Source of the DNA: Raillietiella orientalis
Taxonomy: Eukaryota
Direction: 5' to 3'
Assembly (NCBI GenBank): GCA_036172245.1
Contig: JAYWIR010000015.1
Span: forward strand, 2,232,001 to 2,296,000
DNA length: 64,000 nt
The position numbers were made by a program, and so were the translations under genes. Of the stretch, positions 38,501-53,086 are shown one piece after another; the first letter of the stretch is position 1; each line of letters begins with the position of its first letter. The notes beneath the pieces are model-generated. The model was not told the origin of the DNA. It did not search any database and saw nothing but the letters and a program-made list of their open reading frames with translations.

Positions 38501-40097
38501 AAAAAAAGAAAGACTTACCCACATCATCAGAAAATTCTCTGCATGTTTTCATCTCTTTACCTCTGAGAGAAAAATTACACCAAAGAGCATGTTTCACAGG
38601 AAAATCCACAGTAAATGCAGCAACTATTTCTTGAGTATGAGGAACCTGAGCAAGTCTTTTACTCCAAACCACATGATTTCCTTTCCAGTAGAGTTCCTCA
38701 TCTATGTTCTGTTTTTCATTATGAGATAGAACCCAGGTGGCTGACTGAAAAATAATATAATTTGTTGAAACAAAACATTACAACCAATTGCATTTTAAGC
38801 AACACAATAATAGTTTTAGCAGTTACTGATTTATTTTCACGAAACAATACTGCAAGCATAACGATAAAAAAAGGAATTCCCTACAATTATGAATCATTAG
38901 TGAACAGTCCTTACATAAAACATAAAATAACAATTTTTAATTTAGTCCAAAATAAAAAAATGCAAACAGACTGAACTGCTCGTGGTTTTGTAACAAGCAC
39001 TATGAAGAACTATTACTGCAATGCATTAAAGACTATTAAAGATAGTTAAATTCTAATTAGACTCAGCCAGCAATGGATACAGAAATATGATTAACCAAAT
39101 TGCATATTACAAAGCTGTTCCAGACAAAAGTCACTTACTGTAGCAAAACTTTGAGTAATAAAACAAATTACTTAATGATATGTGTAAAGAAACTGTTATC
39201 TGATATATTATTCCACTAAAAGAGTGCATATAATTAAATGAAAGTTCAAAGCACTGGATCCTCAAAGATCATACACTTAAAGGCAGATGTTACAATATTT
39301 TTCATTCTATGAATACCATTGCATAGCCATATAAATAATATGAGTAATTCATATAATAACTGCTGTTCACTGAAAACAACCATTTTGCATACTTTTGAAA
39401 TGAGCAACTGTAAGTATTTGTATTTGAAGTACCACTTGAAGTTGTTATGAATCAAAAAAACATACTGCTTTTGTAAATCTGATACAGTTCTATCAAATCT
39501 CCATTAAGATTCAAATCAGATGGTATTATCTTTTCCTCATAAACATGCATTCTGCTTGCTAATCACTTTCATTACCCAATAAAAATGGTTAGAATGCTGA
39601 ATTCATGCTTTCCATACAACATGTAAGCTAGCAACATGTCACCTTCCAACTGGCAGACATCACACATCACAAAGATTAAAACTAATGCAACATGAGTACC
39701 AGCTATTTCAAAAACAATTAACAGCGACAGCTGCAAACAAATTACACACACCATCTCAGAAACTGTAGGCTATAATTGAAAAATACGTACCTGATTGACT
39801 TTACTGTCACAGAGTGGCTGCTTTGGTTCAAAAATATAATCATCATTGTTTACTTTCATGGCTTTAATGCTGCCACATAAAGAAACATCACCAGGATGAG
39901 TTTTCAAATAAATTTGACCAAAGGGAGTGAATTCCTACATTAAGGTAGTCATTAATTAGTTGAAACTGTAGAAATCTCATACCTTATTAGTTATTAGTGT
40001 TTGTATAAGTTTTTTGAAAGAAAAAACAACCACACTTTTACAAAATGAAGTTATAAATAAGTTTATGGTTTACCTGAGGTTCTCTTGCAGAAATCAT
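32569..40097 (-). CDS. ANAPC1: Anaphase-promoting complex subunit 1 (about 22 exons)
   Basis: Starts MISAREPQ|EFTPFG (40097-40074, 39934-39791). Contains EELYWKGNHVVWS, LSLTHPLDEVTP, LRFPHDHRVREVRHLL, RTMALPVGRGMF, FHNGVAAGL, PC repeats (GLLLGIAAS, LGLGLLYQG, AAGLALGLVNLG), RPDFL and DNRYHLQAFRHLYVLA. A frame-consistent GT-AG chain was traced to TGA at 32571-32569. Confidence 0.97.
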
Positions 40098-43000
40098 ATC
40101 TTCTTTATTGTTTCTTTCATCCAGATTTGCGGATAAGTGATATCACTTCACAGTACAACATTCACAATTATAATTCATGATCTAGAATATCTTCTGTTAA
40201 ACTAAACTCCATTTTTTCAGTCCATCCAAATTCCGTCAGAGCCTGCATAATATCAGAGAAATAACTTCCTGTTTTCTTGCTCTAAAACAGATCCAATGAC
40301 TCAGTTTTCTGGAAGAATGACTGAGATCAAATAGCTTTACAGTGGGTTGGAAAAACAAAATTTCATCCAACACTGAAGACACTTCCAACACAAAAACATG
40401 ATTAAGAAAACTCACCATGCATCACTCACCTGCCTAGAAGAATGTTTATTACCTTCTCAAAACTATGTATACTGCTATGGCATACTACATAAACTTTTAC
40501 GTAAATACAATCCTGTACGAAACCAAAGAGCATTTCGAAAAACCGCATTACGACCATGCTTGCCATTGATTGCACCAAAAATTCAGTTTATCTAGTAGGA
40601 TAAATAAGAAAGTCCTCTGACTTAGATAGAAAACTTGTGACAAGCAAAAGATTCATTCTAATGGCCTTAAATATCACTTTAGAAAATTGTTATAATTGAA
40701 ACTAGGCATGAATGCATGACTGCAAGATTTTCATGTATTGTATTTGCCAATTTCTTTTCATGGACATATCGGCAGGAATTAAGGTATCGTTTGCTAACTA
40801 AATAAGTCATTCTGATAAATTCTGATGATGACTTCAAGAAAAACCTTTGAGGAAAAAAAAATCAGGATGCCTCAGGAAGAACCTTGTTATTCCATCCACC
40901 TTCAACAATCTGTGCAACTTCTACCGCTGCCTTAGGCTACCATTAAAAATTTTTTATCAACAATTCATAAAATATCCTGAATCCGCAAGTATATTCTGTT
41001 TCCACATTTGCAATTAAGGAAGATTTATAGCATTTCATCAAGGCATTCAAGCTTATTAAAAGCAAGATTATTCAAGCTTTAGAGTCAATTGCCACGTTGT
41101 TTTAGAAGTCCCACTATGAAGATCTTGCTATTGAAATCTCATAACATGGAGAAATATACCCAATATTTTAGAATTCGTGATGAAGTTGTACTTTTCTTTT
41201 AAATTATTATTTATTCTTGCCACTGTTACTTCTGTCTTGTCATTGTAAACAGCTCTCGTTTGAATCCCATTTTAAGGTTCATAAATGAGTATTAATTCAT
41301 ATAATTTTTTATTTTCATAATTCATTTAATGCAAATTTTGTTTCATTCCAAAAAATTTTCTTTGTAAGTTTTATTCACTTGTTAAAGGCTCAAAAGAAAA
41401 CTTTTCTGGCTATCCTCTAGTCCGTTTCGATATGAATTTGCAATTCGTTTTCTTCCATTTCCTTAATAACTACCATTCATCGCTTTTAAAGGTTAATGTT
41501 TCTATTGGATATAGATATCGATTTGAGAAGAGTATACACGCACTCTGGATCTTAGTGAAACTTTGAAACTACTGGATTTTGTGTCCGCAATCTCATTGAA
41601 AAACAGAAAGACAAGTGTCTACAAGTCTCTTTCCCAAAGCTGCAGCATAAAGATAAATTCGATTTTTCTATTTCTTGAAAAGTTATTTATCTCAGGATTT
41701 TAAATCTATAGAGCTACTGCCTAAGAAGCATAACGAGATTTTTTTCAAAGACCTCAACTAGTCACGAAAGAATTATAGAAGACCTGCAAACGATCAGTTT
41801 CGTTTGATTTTCAACAGCGTACGGTCTTGATTTTTGTCTCACCCCATCCCCTGCGTTTGAATGCGTTAATTTCTGCATAAATCCAAACAAAATGGGGATA
41901 AAATGACACTGAGGCATATAGTAACGAAACACGACTTCTAGAAACGCTTCCAGAACTACTCTCTTGCACGCAGCTTGGGAGTTTGGTTTTGTTAAGTGTT
42001 TTCTCATTAGAGTACCATTTGGAATACTCCTCAATTTGCGATAGTCTCAGTTATTCCAGTTATGTGAATAATGGCACTTTAAGAATCCTAAAAGAATCAT
42101 TCCAGAATTGGAGTCGAGAGTGATGTAAAAAAATGATGCAGTACTGATTAAAAAGAATGCATGAATTTTTCGTTAAAATACATTCATTTGACTACTTTAT
42201 TCAGAAATTAAATGAATTCTGCCTTGGTTGATTCATGGTTTTCCTATTGGCATCCTTACTGAAAAGCATCCTTCAACTCGCAAAATTTAGCAGTTTCTTG
42301 AAAGACAAGTTAGAGAAATCTTTTCTTCAAATTCTTCAAATTGGTATGGAGGGCATATTCAGTGTTTTGATTCATGAGAAACCAGTATTTGGAAATCTAC
42401 TTTTCTATTCCTCGGAGACACTTTGTCCCAAATTCTCAGTTTTCTAAGAACATACTCCATGCTCTTATAAAAGGAATAAAATTTACAAAAATCTGTGAGG
42501 AGTACCAGAGAAGCAATCTGACTTCATGCTTCAATATGTACATCTCATTAAATCGGAAGGTATAAACATCATGAAACCAAATAGCTATGGATTTCTGACT
42601 CAAAAATAATTGCTTAGAGATTAGAGGAATCAAATAATATCAAGATAGATAATACAAGAGGATCCACAATGAAATTGAAAATTTTCTTCCATTATAAACC
42701 CGTACATCCATTTTTGCGAAACTTCAACGAGCCAATGTGTAAAGACTTCTTTATACCATTAATCCTCAATAATGAATGAGGCAGTTTGCTGTAGCGTCCT
42801 TCTATGTGTGAGACTATGATTGAAATCTGTCTAACATTATTATGTAATCAACAGATCGAATTTTCCATCCACGATCCACACATTTCTTTAGTAAGAAGAA
42901 GTAGAATGTGGGAAGTTGATCACCTATAGGAAATGAATGATCTATATTGAGTGAACCTCTAAATGGAAACTGGTACGAATGAACTGTCTTGGTGTAAATT

Positions 43001-46000
43001 TATGAGGTTTAAAAATAAAGTGAGTTGAATATTTTGTCTGGACATTCTGTGTCCCATGTTTCCTACATATTGAGAAAACTTTTGAATACTGAAAATGGAT
43101 TAGGAGACTGGTATTTAATGCTTTCTCTCATTGAAAGTGGATCACGTTGTTTTGTTTTATTCTGCTTCATCTAAGGGCTTGATTTGAGACCAAAATGCCT
43201 TGGATTAAGCAATTATTTCAAAACTTAAATATATGTTTAGTGGTTTCGCGCCTAAAACAGCATATTATACAATCAGGAGCTGCGTGTACAGAAATGTCCT
43301 TTTGATTTGAGGGTATCTCATTGCTAGAGAACGAGCTTAATGCATCTGTTGTGAAAGTTGTAGGAAGGAGAATACGCATGCATAATGAAACAAATCGATA
43401 TGATACTCACTTTGAGTTCTTCATGTCTTGCAATGATCGATTCTTATTTGGTGTGATGAAGAAAACATACAACTCAGCCTAAACTTTTACAGCTATTCAC
43501 GAGCATTTAAAGCGAACACGGGAGATTTTAAAAAGTTTTCAAAAAAGCAAAGAGACTGACTTAAAAATTTTTTTTCAGAATAAATAACAATCCGCTTTTA
43601 TTTTGTTATTTTGTTTTCCCTTCCGAAAGTCTTATTTTTTTATTTTTATTGGTATCTCTTATACTCATTCGGAGAACGTATTCTAAAATTGTATGCATCA
43701 ATTCAATAAGTCAATAAGACCTTTATGCATAAAACTGACATAAAGGTCTTATTTGTCCAATTTTTATTTTTCAGTTGGTCTCGCTTCATTCTTTTGAGTG
43801 AACTAATCAGTTTTTTTGGAGGGTGCACTAGATTTCTTGTTTCCTTCCTAGTTATTCTTATGATACTTGGAAAAGCGAAAATCAGCATTAGAAGAATTGA
43901 AAATCTTGAAATGTTCTGTAAATCATTCGTTCGTAGAGTAAGAATCAACTGGTAGAAACACACCGGAGTTCGCCATCAGACTTAAGTCGTGCATTCATAT
44001 AATAAACTAGACAACATAAATAAAGGATATAACCTTTAAATGTGCTTTTAATACTCCTATTGATTTCTGCAAACATAGATCTCATTATAGTAATGATGAT
44101 ATTGCAGAACATGGACATCTATAAGGCATTAATAAGTATTGGAAAGAGTTACATCAACATCAAAATGCTTTTTTATTATTGTCATGGAGTATTCATGATC
44201 TTTTAAAAATTCAAATGTATTTTCTAATTTTGCCCTATGTTTCATCAGTTTATGCTGACATAATTGAATCAGATAACGAATCCGATTGCTGTATACATCT
44301 TTGCATGCTTTCTGCAGTAAATTAATGTATAGTAGATTAATTTATTTCTAGGAATAACATCCCATGAAATCTCATTTTGAGCAGGAGGAGCTAATTCCAC
44401 AGTTTTTTCGACATTTATTTACCATTCTTTCAAAATATCCTTTTGTTTAACACCTTGTATTATACCTTATTTATCTTTTTGAAGTTTTGATAATCTCACA
44501 CAAGTATTTTCAGAAGTTTCCTAATAAACAGAACAAAAATTTTCTCTCTTTACCCAGATAACTTTCAAAATAACAGAATATTTTCATATTCTGATTTTTG
44601 TATGCATCGTCGAAACCTAATAAGAAATTATAAGTTATAGATACATCATGCAGTGGATGCTCATCAACTTTTGTATTTGTAAAGAGATGGTAATTCAATC
44701 TTGATAATAAATCTTCCGAATTTTGGGTTTCCTCTCAATTATAAAAAATTTCACTAATCTCTGATTATGACTCTATTCCATATATTTAAAAGTATTTTCT
44801 TCAAATTTGGAAAATGAAATCCAGGTGCCAAGCAATATCTACTTATAAGTTCTCACCTTCCTCCTCATCAATACCTAAAACAATAGTAAGTCTAGTAAAA
44901 TCTTACAATCTTAAATAGTCTTACTAGTAAAATCATTGTGCTTATTACAAATTCGAACGACTGGTACATTCATCGTCAGCTCTAAACAAATAAACTACTT
45001 CATAAATAGGTTGATGAGAGTACAGTACAGACTTTAATATCACTCTATTCTAATGCTATTATAATGCACCTTTCAAATTGGTTTCTTTTAAGATCAAGAA
45101 AACATGCATAATGATTTATTCAGCAACATATTTCTCAATTAAGAAAACGATTCAGGTATTTGAATGGTGCATATCCTCACTACGCCTCCAAACTAATCGG
45201 AAGGAGACAGGTCATTAGGGAAAAAAAGTGCCAAATAGAGCAGGCAAAGAGAACCTGTGTTTGCATATTTATTTGGATTTACACTCATATGGGAGATTGA
45301 AATAAAAATCAGATTATAGCAGTGTGTTGGAGGGATAGATGCGAAAAGCATGTTCTCTATCCGAATGTCCAATGGGGAAATTTTTAAATATTAAGCCAAC
45401 CTGCAGCTGAGCAAGCGTTTTTATTTTCTTTTGAGGACAAATGACCTTTTTTTTCATGAAAGTGAGCTTGTTGTGCAGTTATAGTAGTGTGAATTGTGAA
45501 AATTATGTAGAAAATTGGTGAATACTAAAGTTTTAATTATAGCCACTTCTTTATGTGAGATTACCGTAACGCAAATCGGAAACACAAGAATTCATCCGCT
45601 CTTCTTGTCTCGAAATTCTACATTTTTCAGGTTCAGTGATTCCAGTGGATTTTCCAGTTGCACATATAAATAAAAACTACACCGTCAGCGAAGGACAAAT
45701 ATATTTTGTGATGAAGTGGTGCACAGTAAACCTATAATGACTCTTCGACATTTGTTGGAGTTCTCCTTTTGTAGCATACCACTAAATGTCCCTCCATCCA
45801 TAGTACTTCGCAAATATAGTATCAAGATAGCTATTCTATGCATCATTTAAATATTCGTTTATATAAGTGGAACATATGAAAAACGGAACCACTCTGGAGA
45901 ATATGACTAATTCTGTCCAAAGTACTTAATGATTTAATTATTTTTAGCAGATTGAAGTATGCATTCGATGCAGGATGCATGCGCTTGAAGTAATAAAGTC

Positions 46001-46748
46001 TTTTTTGATTCCGATTATTTTTACCTCCATGATTCTCTCTTAAACTTGAAAATATATCCCATTCCAATGTGAAGAATTCTGAATTTTATTGCATTTCCAA
46101 GAATACATAAAAATCCATCTGGATTCTCTATTTTTGCAAACTTTTCTTTCCTCTCATCAGAAATTCTCGCGATGTGTGTACCACTTGTAGAGCTTGAAAT
46201 AAGTGGAAGTTTCTGAATACATTTATGCGAGACTCTTGTTCACTTTTCTTGTAGGTGTTTGTTCTTTCATGGGAATATTTTTTTTTAGATAATAACCAAT
46301 GTCTGTTCCAACCAAACTAAACTTTCACACGAAATTATTGAGAGCGCTCTCAAAAGTTCCTCATCACTGTCACCGTATCTGGACCAATACAGCCGTGATG
46401 CTACATAGATAGAGATTGCCTTTATTTGCAGAGGCCACATTTTGAGCTTTAACTACATTTTGATTTTCTTAGATGTTTTCAGCTTAGACGATAATCTTTT
46501 GACTTCCAATTTCAAGTGTTGCCGTTCTTTATTCTTTGCTCGCATTATTCATTCACGAAATCATCAAAAAAAGTTTAGATAAGTCTCATTAAAATAATGC
46601 CAATTTCCTTTATTTTCTCTGGTTAGGGCGATCATATGGTTTTAATAAAAATAGTATTTTTTTGTAACAGGGAACAAGGAACCGTAATTTCCGTTAGCAT
46701 CGAGGGTCCATTCTTACATATTTGTAAATTCTTCAAAGTCCAAGCGAA

Positions 46749-46799
46749 AAGTATAATATAAACCAAGTATAATATAATCTAAACCAAGTATAATATAAT
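46749..46799 (+). repeat. Short tandem repeat of AAGTATAATATAA(TCT)AAACC, about 2.5 copies
   Basis: Read directly, about 320 bp upstream of the CstF-64 ATG. Confidence 0.7.
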
Positions 46800-47114
46800 T
46801 TATAGAAATATGTACTTATGAGAGATAATGAAATATCAGTTCAAAAATCGACAGCTTTAAAGAATTTGCGAGTAATGCAGAATGCGGCAAATATAAGAAA
46901 GTACTATATTGAAAGTTTGCATGCTTTGAATTCTCGAAAGAGAGCACGGTTTTTCAGTCTAGCAAGGAATGAAGCAGAATGTGGAATCGCGAAATCTTTA
47001 TTTTAGGAATACGGTTTATTGTTTGATAAGTGATTTAGAAGTCCTACGTTTGGTCTGAAACATAATTTCCCAAATAATGGTATACTTATAGTAAATCTAA
47101 GTTCTGCATCTAGC

Positions 47115-50100
47115 ATGTCTTCAGATCTTCAAGTGGTTGATAAATCATTACGTTCGGTGTTTGGTAAGTTCCAACAGGGATTTGCAAATATTGTTTGGAA
47201 TCCAAATAGTTTTTTTTTTTTTTGATTACTATAAGTTTCTTCATGTCTCTACCTTGGGAAATTTTCTAGTTGGGTTAATTTCTTATGAAACCTTAATCTC
47301 ATAAATCTGCTTTTGTCTTGTTCACATTCCACTTTTCCAAAGTGCATACGTATCTTTTTTTCTCGTTCAGTAAGTGTCCTTTTCAGTTGGGAATATACCA
47401 TATGAAGCAACTGAGGAAAAATTGAAGGAGATCTTTAGTCAAGTTGGACCTGTCCTTTCCTTTAAGTAAGATTTGTTGTAATTTTTTTTTTGCTTCTCGA
47501 AAATAAATTGGTCTTCATCTACAAGTGTTATTATTTTTTAAATGACTATTAAGTTGTGACCCTGTTATACAGTAATGCATTACAAATACCGGAGGAGAAA
47601 ACCAGCAAAAACTGGATGTTCTGTTTTGTTGTGGCTTGTGCATGTTGACATTCATTAAGAACTGTTTTATGAATTTAGATTGGTATATGATAGAGAAACG
47701 GGGAAACCAAAGGGATATGGTTTTTGTGAATACCGTGATCAAGAAACTGCCCTTAGTGCAATGCGCAATTTAAATGGATTTGAAATAAGTGGAAGGACTT
47801 TAAGAGTTGACAATGCCTGTACAGAAAAATCAAGACTCGAATTGCAAAGTATTACATGATATTTCACATGGACTTTTCACTTACAATTATGCTTTTTTAG
47901 ATCTTATGTCTGGACCTGTTAATGAAGGGCCATATGGAAATGACATAGAACCTGAAAAAGCACCTGAAGCCATCAGTAAAGCAGTTGCATCACTTCCACC
48001 AGAACAAATGTTTGAGCTCATGAAGCAAATGAAGCTGTGTATTCAAGTAAGCACTTGGGTATTTGCATTTTATCCTTTAGTTATTTTGAGTTGTATCCAT
48101 CGTGTGTAATTTTCAGAATAATCCCTCAGAAGCTCGAACAATGCTGTTGCAGAATCCACAGTTAGCATATGCTCTTTTGCAAGCTCAGGTAGTCATGCGT
48201 ATTGTGGATCCTCAGACAGCAATGGTATGTTTCATTTGCTAATTTCAATTTTTTTCTAGTTTCAAGTATTCAATTGTTTTGTGTGCTTAAAAATTAAAAA
48301 TAATATTTCTACATGTGGATGATGCCTAAGGAGAATGTCATGTGTACTCTTGAATTCAGAAAAGTGACATCACATAATTGATGCATATGCATTTTTCACA
48401 TGTGATTAACATAAATTAAGAGTGATAAATAACTTCCCTTTTTTACAGTTAAATATTTAAGCATAGAGAAGTAATTGTCTTCTTTACATGTTTATTAGTG
48501 TTTTCATAGGAGTTTACCAAATGCATTTCAAAAACATTTTGTTACTTAAATGTTCAATGGCTCTTCTGTTTAAATTTTATCAGATGATTAAAATTAAAAT
48601 ATATAATCTTATAGGAATATCCCAATGTGTTTCTATATGTGTTCTTTCTGTAAGCTTTTGTATGAGGCTGAAAAACGTGCAAACATTAGCAAAAATATTT
48701 ATGTGTATGTGTATAGAAAGTGCATAGTAGGTAAGATAGTAAATATAGCAATCTTGTGTTCTTTTTTCAAGTGCATGTTGGGATTACCATTCTTGATGCT
48801 TCAGTATGAAGCCGGATCGATCTTTCTGAATTTTTTCTATTTGAAACTGGTTTTATATGAGTATTGAATTTATCATTTTACATACATCTGCAAACTAAGG
48901 GAGATGATCCAAGAGTAGCTCCAGTATGTAGTAAAAAAATAATCTAGAGAAAAATTTAATTACTGATGCAGGGAATTGTAATTTTTTTTTTAATGAAAAA
49001 GAATAGCGTCATGAGAAGACAACATGAGTCCTACAACTGATATGCATGCAATTTGTCCATTTTTCGTAGGATATCCTGTAGAGTTTCAAAACTGGAAGCA
49101 AAGTATGCACAAATGCAAATAATATACACATGAAAAAATTTTTGCATTCCTAGTGTGTGAATTAAAATTATTTTTCAAATTTTAAACTATTCTTTAAACC
49201 AGAAATTGATAATTTAATTTTGTCAGCTCACTAAATCATTCAGATAGTTAACTTTAGTGAGTATTCAAATTGACAAACAATAAATGGAATTTTTTATGGT
49301 TTTTGGTAAATTATAAAATACGTAGGATTTTCAAATTAATTCCACTGTTGAAGTACAGAAGTTGCCAAAGTGTATGTACTGTTGTTTAGAAAAGCAATAA
49401 CTGGGGAAATGAGATAGTCTATGCAACATAAGATGAAAGGTAATTTAGGAAAGATTTGTATTTCAAAGAATTGATAATTGTACAACTGAATATCTCTATT
49501 AAAGGTACTTCATTAGAGAAAAGCAACATGATTGATTTGTGCTTTATTCATTCATGCCAATGATAAGTGGGTAATTTTTTTCCTGAATAAATAAAAACAG
49601 GCGAACTTGAACCTAAATTACTCACATATAATTTGCTTGTAAATTTTACTCAACTGTAGAGTAATCCTGACTTATATTCTTGGAATTTCTACATAAATGC
49701 AACGAATGCAAGCTATGGTTTTTCCTTATCCAATTTGTTTATGTTGTCATCATTGTTTAGACAATGCTGCATCGCACCAATAAACCTCAAGCCCCCATTC
49801 TACCAGCTGATGGGATGAACTTTCATCCTTTGCCAACAAATGTGAAATCAGAGTTTAATGGATCACCTGCAACAAGAGAATTTGCAACAAATCGTTCAGA
49901 AAGCTATCCAACTGTTGTGCCACCTGTCCCTATGTCTCAGGAATTCATTCCAGCTGCAGTTGTTCCTGATCCATTCATTTCTAAAAGAGAAGAGGAGCTG
50001 GCAATGCCCACAACTAAAATTGGACTACTAGGTGATCGTCCACCAGGAGTTTTAACTAGACCTCAGATGCCTGCTGGTGCAACTCCATTTTCTGGAAGTA

Positions 50101-50680
50101 TGTTTGGAAGATCTTAGTTGCTATAGCTATTCATGCATAGGACAAGATTTGGATCTACGTCAGATGGATCCTAGACTGCAGTCTGGTGATTTAGATCTTC
50201 GAGTAATGGGAAGCAAAACTGCTGCAAGCCGAGTAAATTCCCATGATAGTTTTGATAGGTAGTAAATACTTGTTTGTTAGTATGTAATTCTTTCTTTCCA
50301 GAGATCCTCGTCTGCGTGATCCTCGAATGGACAATGAATTTCGTGATACCACAAGGTATGGATTCTTGTACACCTTTTAATAGTGATTTGCTTAATCATT
50401 TTGTTTCAATAGGCAAAGCTTTGAAAGACCTGCATATGAACAGCGAGATCCACGTTTAGGGAATCTAGCTGGTAATGTTCGTCCTGTACCTGCACCTGAC
50501 CAAGAAAAGGTACTTTTTTTATTCATTTGTTTGCCAATAATAATTACATTATAGGCTGCACTTATCATGCAAGTCCTCCAGCTATCAGATGACCAGATTG
50601 CTATGTTACCTGCTGACCAAAGACAAAGTATTATGGTGCTTAAAGAACAAATAGCCCGTAGTGCTGCACAGCCACGCTAA
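47115..50680 (+). CDS. CSTF2: Cleavage stimulation factor 64 kDa subunit (10 exons)
   Basis: Exons 47115-47163, 47387-47465, 47679-47848, 47901-48046, 48117-48224, 49761-50097, 50141-50258, 50302-50355, 50413-50509, 50555-50680. [22 protein letters not shown]...[10 protein letters not shown], hinge [25 protein letters not shown]...[10 protein letters not shown], and C-terminal [23 protein letters not shown]. Confidence 0.97.
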
Positions 50681-53086
50681 TCTTGTGTGCAAATTTGGAA
50701 AATGCAAAGTTTTGTAAAAAAGAAAAAAAAGGGGGGCCTTTATGTATGATGTTAGCACATACACATATTCAGTCACTTCATATACACATTATCCCATATC
50801 GTTTTTATGGAAAAACTATTCTTGCATAACATGAAATGTTAGCATTAAAATACACAAATAATGTTCAGACTCCATGTTATTTAAATCTATAGCAGCCATG
50901 TATTCAGATGCTGAGATCTAATTCATCGTACAAGATATATAAGCTGCAAATCCACATGGATGTGTGTCCTTGCAATCTATCAAATAACCACAATAAACAA
51001 AAGCTAAAGATTGCTGTAATGCAGTTGTGCAAACTTTGTAAATTGATAAGAGAAATACAAAAACATTTCTTGAGGAAACAATAAAGTGAAATGTCTTACC
51101 AATCACAATTGGGATTGGTAAGAAAGCTTGGAAAATCATTATGAAAACTGCACTGAGCTTGGGCAGCTCATGTCCAGCATGTAGTAAAAGTGGGAAGCAT
51201 ACATGATAAAAAAGACCCAATAAATTGAAATGAGGAAACAGCATGTGTAGCATAGAAGTATGACAAACTTCCAAGGAATTGTAATACGATAAAATGCACA
51301 AACCATAGAGCATTGAAGTGTTCACTGACCTAATTGCACCCTCATTAGGAATCCATTATGCTGAGTTTTTTTATTTTTAACACAAAATTTGCAAAACTGT
51401 CTCATCTTTCTATTGTTTTGGTAAGCACATCAAATGATACAAATTTAGCTTAAGACACACTTAATGCAGCACAGGACAATTTAATTTTTAAAAATGGGAG
51501 GAAATTAAAATTGCCTCACGACTATGAATATATACCTATTATAATGATGGATGTAGAGGACTAGAGATAGGGATGAGTCTGTATTGCTACTTTACAAGTC
51601 TTATACATGATTTTTTTTGAATGAATCTGAATTCCTGATTGCTTACTCATGTTCTTGGATTGAAGTCGACCACAGACCAGGCAACTGCAAAACAGCATGT
51701 GCTGTTTCAAACAAAATGTGAAATGCCATGGACATTCTGTCTGCTTAGTGTCATGAAATGTTCAAATGGCAGATCCTCCTCAACAATTAGAGTGCCAAAT
51801 GATTCTATTTCCGCTTCTTCATGGCCTATCGATTTTACTGACCTGTGATATCCAGCTTTTTAAATCCTAATGAAGTTTAAAACGCTCAGGGCACTAATCT
51901 AGAATGTTCACAATTCAATCATTCTTTTGACCTATTGAAACCTTCGAATTCCTCAAGAAATATCCAATTAGATGTGGGGATATGCCTTGATCTCAATGAA
52001 AATCATCTATACAGAAGTTTGTTTGATTCTTCAAAGTCAAAACTTGTGTAGCATTAAGGACATACCTATATTTTGACTTTCGGAATCTGGCATCATAGAT
52101 TTGGAAGATGTGACCTATCTCTTTCATTCAACTGGCTCCTCATTGAAGTATTCGAATTGATACATTGTTCAAAACTTCAAGCCATTACTTGTTTCGAATT
52201 GACATAACTAGCCTTTATGATTCTAAATCTGTATTTTAAAATAATACTAACTGGCTTATACTGATAGCAACAATGGATGAAAAGAGAAGCTTACATCCAA
52301 ATCATGATGTAAATGCTAGTACTCAAAGGAATTCACTGTTCCTGAAATGGTGATTAGTTCTTCAGTTTATGCACCAACACGTTTTCCATTAGTGACCAGT
52401 GCAAAGTAACCTACATGGTGGAGCCATGAAATTATTTTGATTGCAGTTTACAGTGATTATTTTTTTCCCAAAATTGACACTGCATTTCGTCCATTTCATT
52501 GAAATTGGACAGCAATCTCAAGAATAAGATGACTTCATTAAAGGCATAAGTAGTTCAATTGTCAATCTCTTTTAAGTTGGAATTCTAATCAAAGAATATG
52601 GTATTCAGTATGTATCAGATCCACAATCATAGCTATCATGTTTACAGGTTCACTTGAAATCACCTTTTAAGTCACTATAATCTCAGCTAATTGAAAAGTT
52701 CGTGCGGTGCTTTGTCCAGAACACTGCTTACCATGGGGTAAAACTTAAAACATGGAAGAATGCAGGGCTCTGTGATTCTTAATTTTGGTTTTGGGTACCA
52801 AACTGCTTGCACTTCGATGAATTTTCCAGGGATAAAAGCAGAATCAATGCATGAACATGGAATGGGTACTGTTACATCAATGCATGAATCATAAGATTCT
52901 TTTACTCTGATGAAAATGGCATGCAACTAGAAAGCAGTATTATTTCATTCAGAACTGGATAAATCAATGAATACAAATAAATTTGCCATTGTTTATTAAT
53001 CATAAAAATATGAAACCACAGGAATATATGACAATGCTGAAATGAGAAACATGTGATGCAATATGTCACAGAAAATAGGAACTTTA

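Noticed and set aside
51600..52930. Possible old LINE remnant on the minus strand between CstF-64 and MND1
   Set aside because: Only faint similarity (e.g. GISPHLIGYFLRN); no unambiguous RT motif.
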